Origin: a virus
Lineage: Duplodnaviria > Caudoviricetes
Virus record (IMG/VR): IMGVR_UViG_3300032227_000091
Location: 1 to 26,177 of that record
Strand: one strand, 5' to 3'
Length of the DNA stretch: 26,177 nucleotides
The position numbers were made by a program, and so were the translations under genes. The notes under the pieces were generated by a model that was given only the letters and a program-made list of their open reading frames with translations, searched no databases and was not told the DNA's origin. Of the stretch, positions 16,127-23,594 are shown piece after piece (the stretch's first letter is position 1; the number at the start of each line of letters is the position of its first letter).

Positions 16127-16275
16127 TTAAGTACCAAAGTTAACAAGGTTACAATAATGAATCCAGCAGTGCCTATGAGAATCTGTTCTAGTCTCTTTAG
16201 TCTAGCGTGTATCTGTTCGTATCGAACTTTACATACTTCTTCGTGGCTTAGGAGTTTTAATTCTGCTTCAGTCAT
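16123..16275 (-). CDS. Small membrane protein, XhlA-like (50 aa, MTEAELKLLSHEEVCKVRYEQIHARLKRLEQILIGTAGFIIVTLLTLVLK)
   Basis: Coiled coil plus C-terminal TM helix; AAGGA RBS; TAATG and ATGA overlaps. Not in the ORF track. Confidence 0.72.
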   Translation of the reverse strand: MTEAELKLLSHEEVCKVRYEQIHARLKRLEQILIGTAGFIIVTLLTLVLK

Positions 16276-16424
16276 TATTCAGTTCCTTCTGCTGGTAATG
16301 GAGTATTGCCTTCTTCAAGCCATTTTAAATATTCTTGGTAGTCTGTGTTGGCTGGGTCTAAAGGAATCCATGCGTTATCGCTTGTGCGAATAATTCCATT
16401 ATTTAATTGAGTTAGTTTATACAT
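16275..16424 (-). CDS. Putative tail fibre assembly chaperone (49 aa, ...IPLDPANTDYQEYLKWLEEGNTP...)
   Basis: IP.DP.N.DYQ.YL.W...GN.P motif typically follows phage fibre genes; GGA RBS. Not in the ORF track. Confidence 0.68.
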   Translation of the reverse strand: MYKLTQLNNGIIRTSDNAWIPLDPANTDYQEYLKWLEEGNTPLPAEGTE

Positions 16425-16426
16425 AA

Positions 16427-17512
16427 TTAAAGTTCCGCACTTATTGTTACTTTTTCAGATGAACTTGCTGGATAAAATTGAATAGTATTTGTGGATGAAC
16501 AAGTTGCCACTAAACGATAACCTTGAATTGTTGCACTATCGGCAAAAGGTTGTCCACAATTAGATACTGTCCATGTTCCCAAAGCTGTTACAGTTGGTGC
16601 GGTTCTTTTTGAAACTGCAAAAGGTATTGCTAATCCTACATTAGTGCCGTTGTTTCCAGAACCAAAATACTGTGGGAAAGCACTAGCAGTACCGCCATGA
16701 ACTTCAAAATATCTTTGGCAAAGTTGAAATTCTGTAGTGTAAGGTCTGTAATCAAAGCTAGTAGCTGTAGAGCCTACCTCTAGCTGGACTCCTGTGATGT
16801 AAAAAGTTGCTCCGTTTGTGCCGACTACGGATGTTGCACCTGTGGCTGAAATATCACCAGCGGCTTGCCATGAACCAGCAGTACCAGTAAAGTCAGAACC
16901 TACGCCAATAGGAAAATAAACACGCATACCGATGCCATTTGTTGCACCTACCCAAGTACCAGTAGTATCACCAGCAATAGTGATGGTTTTGTATTCCCAA
17001 GTGTTTGCGGCAGAAATTGTGTATGAATAAGGGTAGCTTCTATCAAAAGCATTGTTAGCAACAGAACCGCCAAAAGTACCAGTTAAGCTAGAACGAACCC
17101 AAAAGCTAATCGTGATGGTTCTAGCATTAGCAGTACCCCACATCAAATCAGCAGTATTAAAACCTTCAATATTTTGATACAAAGTGAAAATTTCGTTATT
17201 TGGTACAGAATAAGCAGAAGATGATGTAACGCCCAAATAGTTGCTAAATCCTACAGGTGGCGTTACTGACCCAGCATTTTGCTGAACGCTAAATTTACTG
17301 CTTTGGCTTGCTACTGTGCCGTAGCGGTCAAGGGTAAAAGTTGCAGTAGATGGAATAGATACACTAGCACCAGCATTACGCTGGTCAAAAGTCATCTGTC
17401 CGTTAATTATTCTATTTTTAAATCCAGTTACAGGAGTTACCGCATTAGCAGTAATACTCCCGTTGTACATGGGAGTTGTAATCCCTAGACTTCCATCGAG
17501 CGTGATAGGCAT
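16427..17512 (-). CDS. Tail fibre / receptor-binding protein with probable carbohydrate-binding beta-sandwich
   Basis: FKNRIING...DQRNAG, DRY, TISFWVRS and GVQLEVGSTATSFDYR...ELxLCQRY-like motifs; Ser/Thr/Gly-rich. Confidence 0.75.
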   Translation of the reverse strand: MPITLDGSLGITTPMYNGSITANAVTPVTGFKNRIINGQMTFDQRNAGASVSIPSTATFTLDRYGTVASQSSKFSVQQNAGSVTPPVGFSNYLGVTSSSAYSVPNNEIFTLYQNIEGFNTADLMWGTANARTITISFWVRSSLTGTFGGSVANNAFDRSYPYSYTISAANTWEYKTITIAGDTTGTWVGATNGIGMRVYFPIGVGSDFTGTAGSWQAAGDISATGATSVVGTNGATFYITGVQLEVGSTATSFDYRPYTTEFQLCQRYFEVHGGTASAFPQYFGSGNNGTNVGLAIPFAVSKRTAPTVTALGTWTVSNCGQPFADSATIQGYRLVATCSSTNTIQFYPASSSEKVTISAEL

Positions 17513-18414
17513 TATTTTACTCCTTCTAATTCAGCGATGCGAACTGCTTGTGCATCTACTTTAGCATTTAGTTCTTGCAAAGCGGCAGTTAATGTAGCTA
17601 CTAAAAATGAAGCATCTACACCTTGGTATCTAGGGTTTCCATCTTTATCTATTGCATCTTTTTCGCCTGTAACTGCATCAGGTATTACGGCTTGAAGTTC
17701 ATGTGCAATGAAACCCTGACCATCTTTGCCGTCTGCTTTCCATGTATATGTGCATGGTTTAAGCTGTGAAACAGTATTTAAAGCACCTATCATTGGTGCA
17801 ATGTTTTCTTTTAAACGATAATCAGAAGAAGTGTTGTATGCAGTTGCAGAAGAAGATGTTGCAATTGTTCCAACAGTTGTAAATGATGTATTTGTAAAGT
17901 TAAAACAATCACCATTACCACCGCTTGAAGAACTACTTGGTCGCATGGTTACACCCCAACCAATTCCACTTCCGTAGTTTTGAATAAACAAAGCATCATC
18001 TTTGCCGTTGATGTTAATGCCAACTTGTGAATTTCTAGAGCCTAATAATGATGTAGCACCAAACAATGCCTGACCAGCAGAGTTAATACGCATCCGTTCT
18101 GTGCCACTAGTAGTAAACTTTAATGGGCCAAATGAACCAGCACCATTGTATGTAGCTTGAATATCTACTCCATCAGCATAAGTTGTAGATGGGTTTACCA
18201 AAAACATTGAACTTGCACTTGATGCAGTAACCCTAAGCTGACCGCCAGTAACTTCAAGTTTTCCTGTAGGACTTGTAGTACCAATCCCCACATTCTGTGA
18301 AGTATCAATCGTTACCGCAGTCGTGCCGTTATTAGTAGCTAGTTGTAATGAGCCTGAGTTGTCAGCCGTAGTGACAAGGCCCGTGCTAGTAGTTGCGTTA
18401 ATAATTGAGGGCAT
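17512..18414 (-). CDS. Tail fibre/spike with C-terminal intramolecular chaperone autoprocessing domain (peptidase S74)
   Basis: NVGIGTTSP and ERMRI fibre repeats; SDYRLKENI cleavage motif; GFIAHELQ; terminal coiled coil. Confidence 0.88.
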   Translation of the reverse strand: MPSIINATTSTGLVTTADNSGSLQLATNNGTTAVTIDTSQNVGIGTTSPTGKLEVTGGQLRVTASSASSMFLVNPSTTYADGVDIQATYNGAGSFGPLKFTTSGTERMRINSAGQALFGATSLLGSRNSQVGININGKDDALFIQNYGSGIGWGVTMRPSSSSSGGNGDCFNFTNTSFTTVGTIATSSSATAYNTSSDYRLKENIAPMIGALNTVSQLKPCTYTWKADGKDGQGFIAHELQAVIPDAVTGEKDAIDKDGNPRYQGVDASFLVATLTAALQELNAKVDAQAVRIAELEGVK

Positions 18415-18686
18415 TATGCGGCTCCTTTGGGATACTTAGCCTTGACCGCCAGGCAGTCAGCAATGTATTTATCAATCTGTGCTTGGTCACCCTTTACTAC
18501 ACCATCAATGTAATCGGTGATGGGTGGGTATTCTGATGCTCGTTTAGCAATATAAGCATGAGCATCTACATAAGCCTGTACTGCGACTTTATCGTATGCG
18601 ACTTCGTTGCCGTCTGCATCGTATCCTATATCGCCACGAATTACTGTAACGCTAGGATTTAATTTAAATATAACATTGTGGTTCAT
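18414..18686 (-). CDS. Putative tail fibre assembly chaperone (90 aa)
   Basis: Y..KR..EYP.I.D.ID...VKAKYPK motif; located between fibre genes. Confidence 0.6.
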   Translation of the reverse strand: MNHNVIFKLNPSVTVIRGDIGYDADGNEVAYDKVAVQAYVDAHAYIAKRASEYPPITDYIDGVVKGDQAQIDKYIADCLAVKAKYPKGAA

Positions 18687-19255
18687 ACCGCTATCTCCAA
18701 CAAAGTAATTGTCGAGGTATTTGTTCCTGCATTTTGAAAATTAACTGAGTAGCTCGCTTCCGCAGAATTTGGTCTGCCCTGTGTTTTGTAAGTTGTAGAT
18801 GAGGTTGTTGCTGGACTATCCAAATAAACAATAGAGCCAGTAATTTTCCAATTTGCTACGCTAAATGCTCCAGTAGCGGCAATTCCACCTACAAAATCTG
18901 TATTAGACCAAATACTTGTAGCACCACGCAATAAACGAACATTTCCTAGTGTTGGCGATGTAGATGCTCTTTCTACTTGTGTAGCTTGAGAAATAATGAC
19001 TAATATTTTGCTAGAAGAACTTGAAGGAGTAATAGAAGCAGATAAACCTGAATCAGTCCAAGTTGTAGTGTTCGATATACTAACTTGTGTTGAGTATTCA
19101 GCACTAACCACTTGAATGACATTACCAGCTTTAGGTGATGTAGTTGTAAGAACTGTTCCTGTTACTGCTGGCAAAGTTAATACAGTAGAGCCAGCAACGG
19201 CTGGTTCTTGTAGTGTAATACTTCCGCTAGTTGATCCCACCATTACAATACTCAT
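18683..19255 (-). CDS. Tail fibre-associated protein (190 aa)
   Basis: Start ATG19255 by ATGA coupling; GNVIQVV, SITPSSSSSKILV, YLDSPATTSSTTYK and ITLLEIA motifs. Confidence 0.7.
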   Translation of the reverse strand: MSIVMVGSTSGSITLQEPAVAGSTVLTLPAVTGTVLTTTSPKAGNVIQVVSAEYSTQVSISNTTTWTDSGLSASITPSSSSSKILVIISQATQVERASTSPTLGNVRLLRGATSIWSNTDFVGGIAATGAFSVANWKITGSIVYLDSPATTSSTTYKTQGRPNSAEASYSVNFQNAGTNTSTITLLEIAV

Positions 19256-20583
19256 AGTATCACCCACCTTACTCCAGCGTTAACTGTTACTGAATAACCA
19301 GAGCCAATAGTGATAGCTCCTACGGACATACCGTTATAAGTCATTGTAATATTCTCATCAATGTTTGAAGCGTTATAAGCAATTGCTTTTACTGCAGCAG
19401 AACCAAAGTATTGACCACCAGCTACCGTAGCAGTGGTTACTGAAGTAAGTAAACCTTTGGCACTTACTGTAATAACAGGAATAGAAGAAGAACTTCCATA
19501 AGTATTAGCAGTTACACCAGAGTTATCTAAGGAAATTGTAGGAGTATTACCTCCTGAAGAAGAGATAGGCGATGTTCCTGATACTGAAGTTACTCCTGTA
19601 GCAGGAAGTGCAGAAGAAGTCCAGCTAGTACCGTTACCAATGATAGCATAGTTGTTTGTAGGAGTTAACCCAGCAATCGTAGCTAAGTCTGCATCGTATG
19701 CCTGAACATCTGTACCAATAGCAAGACCTAGAGAAGTTCTGAGAGTAGAACCAGACTCAACAACAAAGTTAGTACCGTTACCAACTATGACACCGTTATC
19801 GGTTGGTGTTAATCCAGCAACATCAGCAAGCTGTGCGTCATAGGCTTGGACATTAGTACCAATCGCTAAACCAAGATTTGTTCTAGCAGTAGCTGTATTT
19901 GTTAAGTCAGATAGGTTATTTGCTTTAGCTAAGAAAGATGAACCAGCAGCATAGGCATCAACCCATACAGAGCCAGTGTATACCTTCATTGATCCAAGAG
20001 AACTATTAAAGTATAATGCTCCAGCTACTAAGGCATTGCCATCATTGTCTAACGAAGGATCAGAAGTTTTAGCCCCTAAGTACCGATCATCAAAGTTATC
20101 GTATGCTGTTAAGGTTTGATCTCGTGCTGTCTCAGCAGCAGTCTGAGCATTAGCAGCGTTAGTCGCTGAAGTAGCTGCATTGCTTGCAGAAGTACTTGCA
20201 TTGGATGCAGACGTAGAAGCAGCAGAAGCAGAATTACTTGCGTTAGTTGCTGAGGTGCTTGCTGCGGAAGCAGAGTTACTAGCGTTGGTTGCTGAAGTAG
20301 ACGCAGCAGATGCTGAGTTAGAAGCGTTTGTAGCGGATGTAGAAGCATTACTTGCAGATGTTGAAGCAGCACTTGCAGAACTTGAAGCATTACTTGCTTG
20401 AGTGCTTGCAGTAGATGCACTATTACTAGCGTTTGTTGCTGAAGTCTGTGCTGCTGCTTGAGCTGTTTCAGCAGCTACCTCTGCAGCTATTGCAGCATCT
20501 TTAGCTTGTAGTGCTAATAAGACTTCACTAGAAGCGTCTCCTACAGCGTCACCTGCTCCGCCGGGTCCTCTATATATCGCTAT
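19252..20583 (-). CDS. Long tail fibre protein (443 aa); probable non-canonical ATA start
   Basis: The frame of the called ORF 19252-19989 stays open for 198 more codons to ATA-GCG-ATA-TAT-AGA (xAIYRGPGGAGDA), with an in-frame TAG four codons earlier. It encodes Ala/Ser/Thr/Asn heptads, FDDRYLGAK..DP..DNDGNAL and two ~48-aa repeats. Confidence 0.8.
   Translation of the reverse strand: MAIYRGPGGAGDAVGDASSEVLLALQAKDAAIAAEVAAETAQAAAQTSATNASNSASTASTQASNASSSASAASTSASNASTSATNASNSASAASTSATNASNSASAASTSATNASNSASAASTSASNASTSASNAATSATNAANAQTAAETARDQTLTAYDNFDDRYLGAKTSDPSLDNDGNALVAGALYFNSSLGSMKVYTGSVWVDAYAAGSSFLAKANNLSDLTNTATARTNLGLAIGTNVQAYDAQLADVAGLTPTDNGVIVGNGTNFVVESGSTLRTSLGLAIGTDVQAYDADLATIAGLTPTNNYAIIGNGTSWTSSALPATGVTSVSGTSPISSSGGNTPTISLDNSGVTANTYGSSSSIPVITVSAKGLLTSVTTATVAGGQYFGSAAVKAIAYNASNIDENITMTYNGMSVGAITIGSGYSVTVNAGVRWVIL
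20140..20480 (-). repeat. Degenerate 21-nt / 7-aa coding repeats (ASNASTS, ATNASNS, ASAASTS)
   Basis: Direct translation of the - strand; coiled-coil stalk-like. Confidence 0.8.
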
Positions 20584-20621
20584 GGTTTTACCCTACCTTC
20601 CTGATAGACAGTAATAATTTA

Positions 20622-20683
20622 TTTGTCTTAATACACTCATCGAATGCACTAAGACAAAACTCCCCAGCCGAAACCGGAGAGTC
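20622..20683 (-). terminator. Tandem stem-loops after the capsid gene (terminator-like UUCG hairpin plus 17-bp hairpin)
   Basis: The - strand reads GACTCTCCGGT-TTCG-GCTGGGGAGTT, then TTTGTCTTAGTGCATTC-GAT-GAGTGTATTAAGACAAA. The mismatches resolve as G-U pairs only on this strand. Confidence 0.75.
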
Positions 20684-20697
20684 TTGAATGCCTATAA

Positions 20698-21654
20698 TTA
20701 ACCGTTTACAGCTAATACAAATCCAGTCTCAGGACGTACTACTTTAACACCGTAGAGGGTATCAGCAGTGTACAGAGTAGACAAATACTCTTGTTTGTAC
20801 TGAGTCTGTGAACGAACAGACATTTGCTCAGCAAGAACCATTGTATCTTTATGAGCCAAGATAGCTGCTTTAACATCGCCACCAACGTTGTTGTTAGCGT
20901 CAGTCTCGATGACTGGAGCATTGCTTGTTACATAGATGTCGATACCATACAACTGACCGATCTGACCGTTGTTTACACCACGACCATCAACGAAATCAGA
21001 GCTGTTGTAACGATCAATACCCATGATAGCTGCACGAAGTGATGGAGGAACTGCAAAGAAACGACCATCCATTGGGGTATCAGCATCGTCCATGAGTTTG
21101 ATCAAGGCACGGAAGCCAGCGTCAGTGAATACGTCAGCAGCAACTACAGTGTCTTCAGCGTAAGCTGTGAGACCAGTAGATACGTCGATGTAATAGCTGG
21201 TGCTGTGTGTCCAGTCAGAAGCGTCACCGTTACCAAAGGACTTGCCTAATTGGAACAATGTGTCGTCAACTTTCTTAGCCAAAGCATAGCCAGCGTCTTC
21301 TGTGTAGAAGCGACGGAGTGATGCCAAAGCCTGAACTTCAACGATGTCCTCGATGAAACGTGAGTACTCAAAATGCTGGTCAATCGAGACTAATACTTCG
21401 GTCTCGGTGTCAGCTTGGATGGTAACTGTAGTGTTAGCTGCTTTAGCAGTAGCTACGCCACGAGTTGGCTTAGGAATATGGAGCGTGTCGCCCTTCTTAC
21501 CACGCATCGTCATTTTGTTGACGAGGTTTGCCAATACTAGGTTTTTCTGATAAGCAGCGATTACTTCGTCAGACCAGATTTCTGGAATGAACTTGTCTGC
21601 TGCTGTTTTGTTGACGATAGATGAACTACCGCCGGGATATGCTGCTGTTGCCAT
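20698..21654 (-). CDS. Major capsid protein (HK97 fold)
   Basis: FIPEIWS, GDTLHIP, GYALAKKVD, GQIGQLYGIDIYVTSN and DTLYGVKVVRPE; follows the scaffold gene; AGGAG RBS. Confidence 0.92.
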   Translation of the reverse strand: MATAAYPGGSSSIVNKTAADKFIPEIWSDEVIAAYQKNLVLANLVNKMTMRGKKGDTLHIPKPTRGVATAKAANTTVTIQADTETEVLVSIDQHFEYSRFIEDIVEVQALASLRRFYTEDAGYALAKKVDDTLFQLGKSFGNGDASDWTHSTSYYIDVSTGLTAYAEDTVVAADVFTDAGFRALIKLMDDADTPMDGRFFAVPPSLRAAIMGIDRYNSSDFVDGRGVNNGQIGQLYGIDIYVTSNAPVIETDANNNVGGDVKAAILAHKDTMVLAEQMSVRSQTQYKQEYLSTLYTADTLYGVKVVRPETGFVLAVNG

Positions 21655-21680
21655 TTTATAAATCTCCTAAATTAATAAGT

Positions 21681-22493
21681 TTAACGGACTCGCCCTTCGG
21701 CATAAGCCGCAAGAATTTCATCTTGCAAAGCCATATAACGATTTGGGTCTGTCATTTTCAATTTGATAAGGTCAGCTCTTCGATAGACCTTTCTACTACT
21801 TTCTCCAGTACCACCAACATCAACCGAAGCTGCCCGTAATGCTGTATCTTGAGCTTTAGCTTGTGTTTCTGCTGCTTGTGTTTTAACTTGTGCAGTCTGA
21901 ACTGATTTAATCGCCTTATAGGTGCTTAAAAGTTCATCAGCCGAGTTAAAGTCAAATTCAGCGTCAGCTTTTGTAAACAAATCAACACGAATTGGACTTG
22001 CTTTGATCCATTCATGGAAGTCAGCGTTTTGCGCTATATCCATAAAGTCGGGATGCTTAGACTGCAGTTTCTGTGCAGTTTGCATTCTCTTTAATTCGAG
22101 TGAGGCTTGTTTAGCTTCAAGTACTGCTGGGTGCTGGTCTACTGTTTTTAGAACAGCCTGTCTGGGGTCAGCAAAGAAATCTTCTTCTTGAACTGTTTCA
22201 GCCGGCTTGCTTTGCTGTTTAGTTTCGAGTTGTTGCTTGAGGAGCTGATCTGCTAAGCTACGAACCTCATGAACCTCTTGGGCTTGTCTACCAATTAACT
22301 TCTCAGCCTCTTGGTGCATCTTTACGATGTCTTCAACTGATTTACCTTTATACTTCTCAGGTAAGTCTTCAGCTTTGGGTTCTTCTGTAGGTGCTGTCGT
22401 CGGAGTCTCTTCTTGAGGTTGGTCCGCCGGTGTATCTATCTGATCAAAGTTTCCTTCTAGCAGTTCTTCTTTTTCAACAAAATTTGCAGCCAT
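21681..22493 (-). CDS. Capsid scaffolding protein
   Basis: Acidic N-terminus, LPEKYKGKS, helical body and C-terminal DPNRY...EI..AYAEGRV; directly upstream of the capsid gene. Confidence 0.82.
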   Translation of the reverse strand: MAANFVEKEELLEGNFDQIDTPADQPQEETPTTAPTEEPKAEDLPEKYKGKSVEDIVKMHQEAEKLIGRQAQEVHEVRSLADQLLKQQLETKQQSKPAETVQEEDFFADPRQAVLKTVDQHPAVLEAKQASLELKRMQTAQKLQSKHPDFMDIAQNADFHEWIKASPIRVDLFTKADAEFDFNSADELLSTYKAIKSVQTAQVKTQAAETQAKAQDTALRAASVDVGGTGESSRKVYRRADLIKLKMTDPNRYMALQDEILAAYAEGRVR

Positions 22494-22561
22494 ATATTGC
22501 TCCTGTCACAAAGTGATTGTAGGATTTATAAAATAACAAAGGTGCTAATGCAGTATCTTTG

Positions 22562-22792
22562 TCACGAATTGAGCTTTCGCTCTCTAAGGCGTTTTTCTTC
22601 ACGCTGTCTAGCCCACCTTGCTGTTGCTTGCGGATGATCGCCAGAAACAGGATCGAGACTAATACGGGGTGCAGAAATCTGCCTGTGTGCGTCTTTACCG
22701 CACAACCAACAAGGAACTGTGGCTACCTCATAACTAACCAAGTTTTCTTGCTGGTGTCCATCTTCACAGATGAAATCAAATAATCTACGCAT
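22562..22792 (-). CDS. Zinc-ribbon protein (FmdB-like putative regulator)
   Basis: FDFICEDGH...CWLCG...RQISAP; GAGGAG RBS. Confidence 0.7.
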   Translation of the reverse strand: MRRLFDFICEDGHQQENLVSYEVATVPCWLCGKDAHRQISAPRISLDPVSGDHPQATARWARQREEKRLRERKLNS

Positions 22793-23264
22793 ATAACATC
22801 TCCTCGTTAAACTTGTTACTTTTTGTCAAATTATCTTTTCGTGTGATAACTTGTAAGTTCCAAGGAACATGGAGACCACATACTGTTTTTCCTTTTAAAG
22901 GAACAATATGATCTACTGCGTGTACTATGCCACTGTTCTGTGTCAGCATAGTTGCTAAAGCATATTTCTTTTTTATTTCTTGTAACTGCTGAACAGAAAG
23001 CCACTTTGGTGTTGCACTTAGTTTTCTAGCTCTTCGTCTAGCAGTCAGTTCTCTTCGTTTTTCAACTTCAAACTTAGCAATTTTCTTGTAATATTGCCGT
23101 GAATACTGTGCTTCTTTATCTCTATTTTTGCTGTGATATTTAGCATTTCCTTTATTTTTGCATTCTTTACACGACGGATGTAAACCATCTTTTCGTGCTC
23201 TGTTTTTACTAAATAAAGAAATGTTCTTTTCTAATTTACAGCAAGAACATATTTTGCTACTCAT
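22785..23264 (-). CDS. Free-standing HNH endonuclease with N-terminal Cys4 zinc finger
   Basis: CSCC...KDGL...CKEC, ATPKW and VDHIVPLKGKTVCGLHVPWNLQVIT..DN..KSN. Confidence 0.88.
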   Translation of the reverse strand: MSSKICSCCKLEKNISLFSKNRARKDGLHPSCKECKNKGNAKYHSKNRDKEAQYSRQYYKKIAKFEVEKRRELTARRRARKLSATPKWLSVQQLQEIKKKYALATMLTQNSGIVHAVDHIVPLKGKTVCGLHVPWNLQVITRKDNLTKSNKFNEEMLYA

Positions 23265-23514
23265 CCTGAGCTCCTCCCGGAGAGTCTTTTAGTAGCGTTT
23301 CGTAAGCCTGTTCTGTACTTTCTTTGAGAGTTAGAACCCATTGAAGGATGTCTAATTGCCCTTTACGAAAGAACAGATCAATTTCGTTTTGAATCGGAGC
23401 TACTTTATTCACCGCATCGAATATTCCTTGAACATCCTCGATGAATTGTTTCCACCCAACCGTAGTCATCGTGGAAAATCGCTCTTCATAGTACTTTTCT
23501 AGTTGCTTGTCCAT
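23257..23514 (-). CDS. Hypothetical protein downstream of the portal (85 aa)
   Basis: AGGAG RBS; GWKQF and LFFRKGQL motifs; typical portal-adjacent small gene. Confidence 0.75.
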   Translation of the reverse strand: MDKQLEKYYEERFSTMTTVGWKQFIEDVQGIFDAVNKVAPIQNEIDLFFRKGQLDILQWVLTLKESTEQAYETLLKDSPGGAQDE

Positions 23515-23565
23515 AGTTTTCTCCTGTAATGGGAACTATGTTGTAAAATTACAACACTGTGGCTG

Positions 23566-23594
23566 ATATTACCACAGTTTTGTTAAAATGTCAA
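23566..23594 (-). promoter_or_regulatory. Sigma70-type promoter for the head genes
   Basis: TTGACA-17 nt-TAATAT with extended -10 TG; the -35 box overlaps the portal stop codon. Confidence 0.72.

Noticed and set aside
20109-20420. ORFs 20180-20401 (+, LLAEV/EAELLAL repeats) and 20109-20420 (-, Leu/Gln-rich)
   Set aside because: Both are alternative readings of the 21-nt heptad repeats of the tail fibre, whose true frame continues into recognisable fibre motifs.
20140-20480. Repeat tract considered as a CRISPR array or diversity-generating retroelement repeat
   Set aside because: Repeats are degenerate at third codon positions with no unique spacers; no cas or reverse transcriptase gene is present.
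20584-20760. T7 gp10B-like frameshift or read-through fusing capsid to the fibre ORF
   Set aside because: The fibre frame has a TAG four codons before its start, the spacer has further stops and hairpins, and no slippery heptamer was evident at the capsid end.
22785-23264. Group I intron around the HNH gene
   Set aside because: Both flanking genes are intact and overlap the HNH directly, leaving no room for a ribozyme core.
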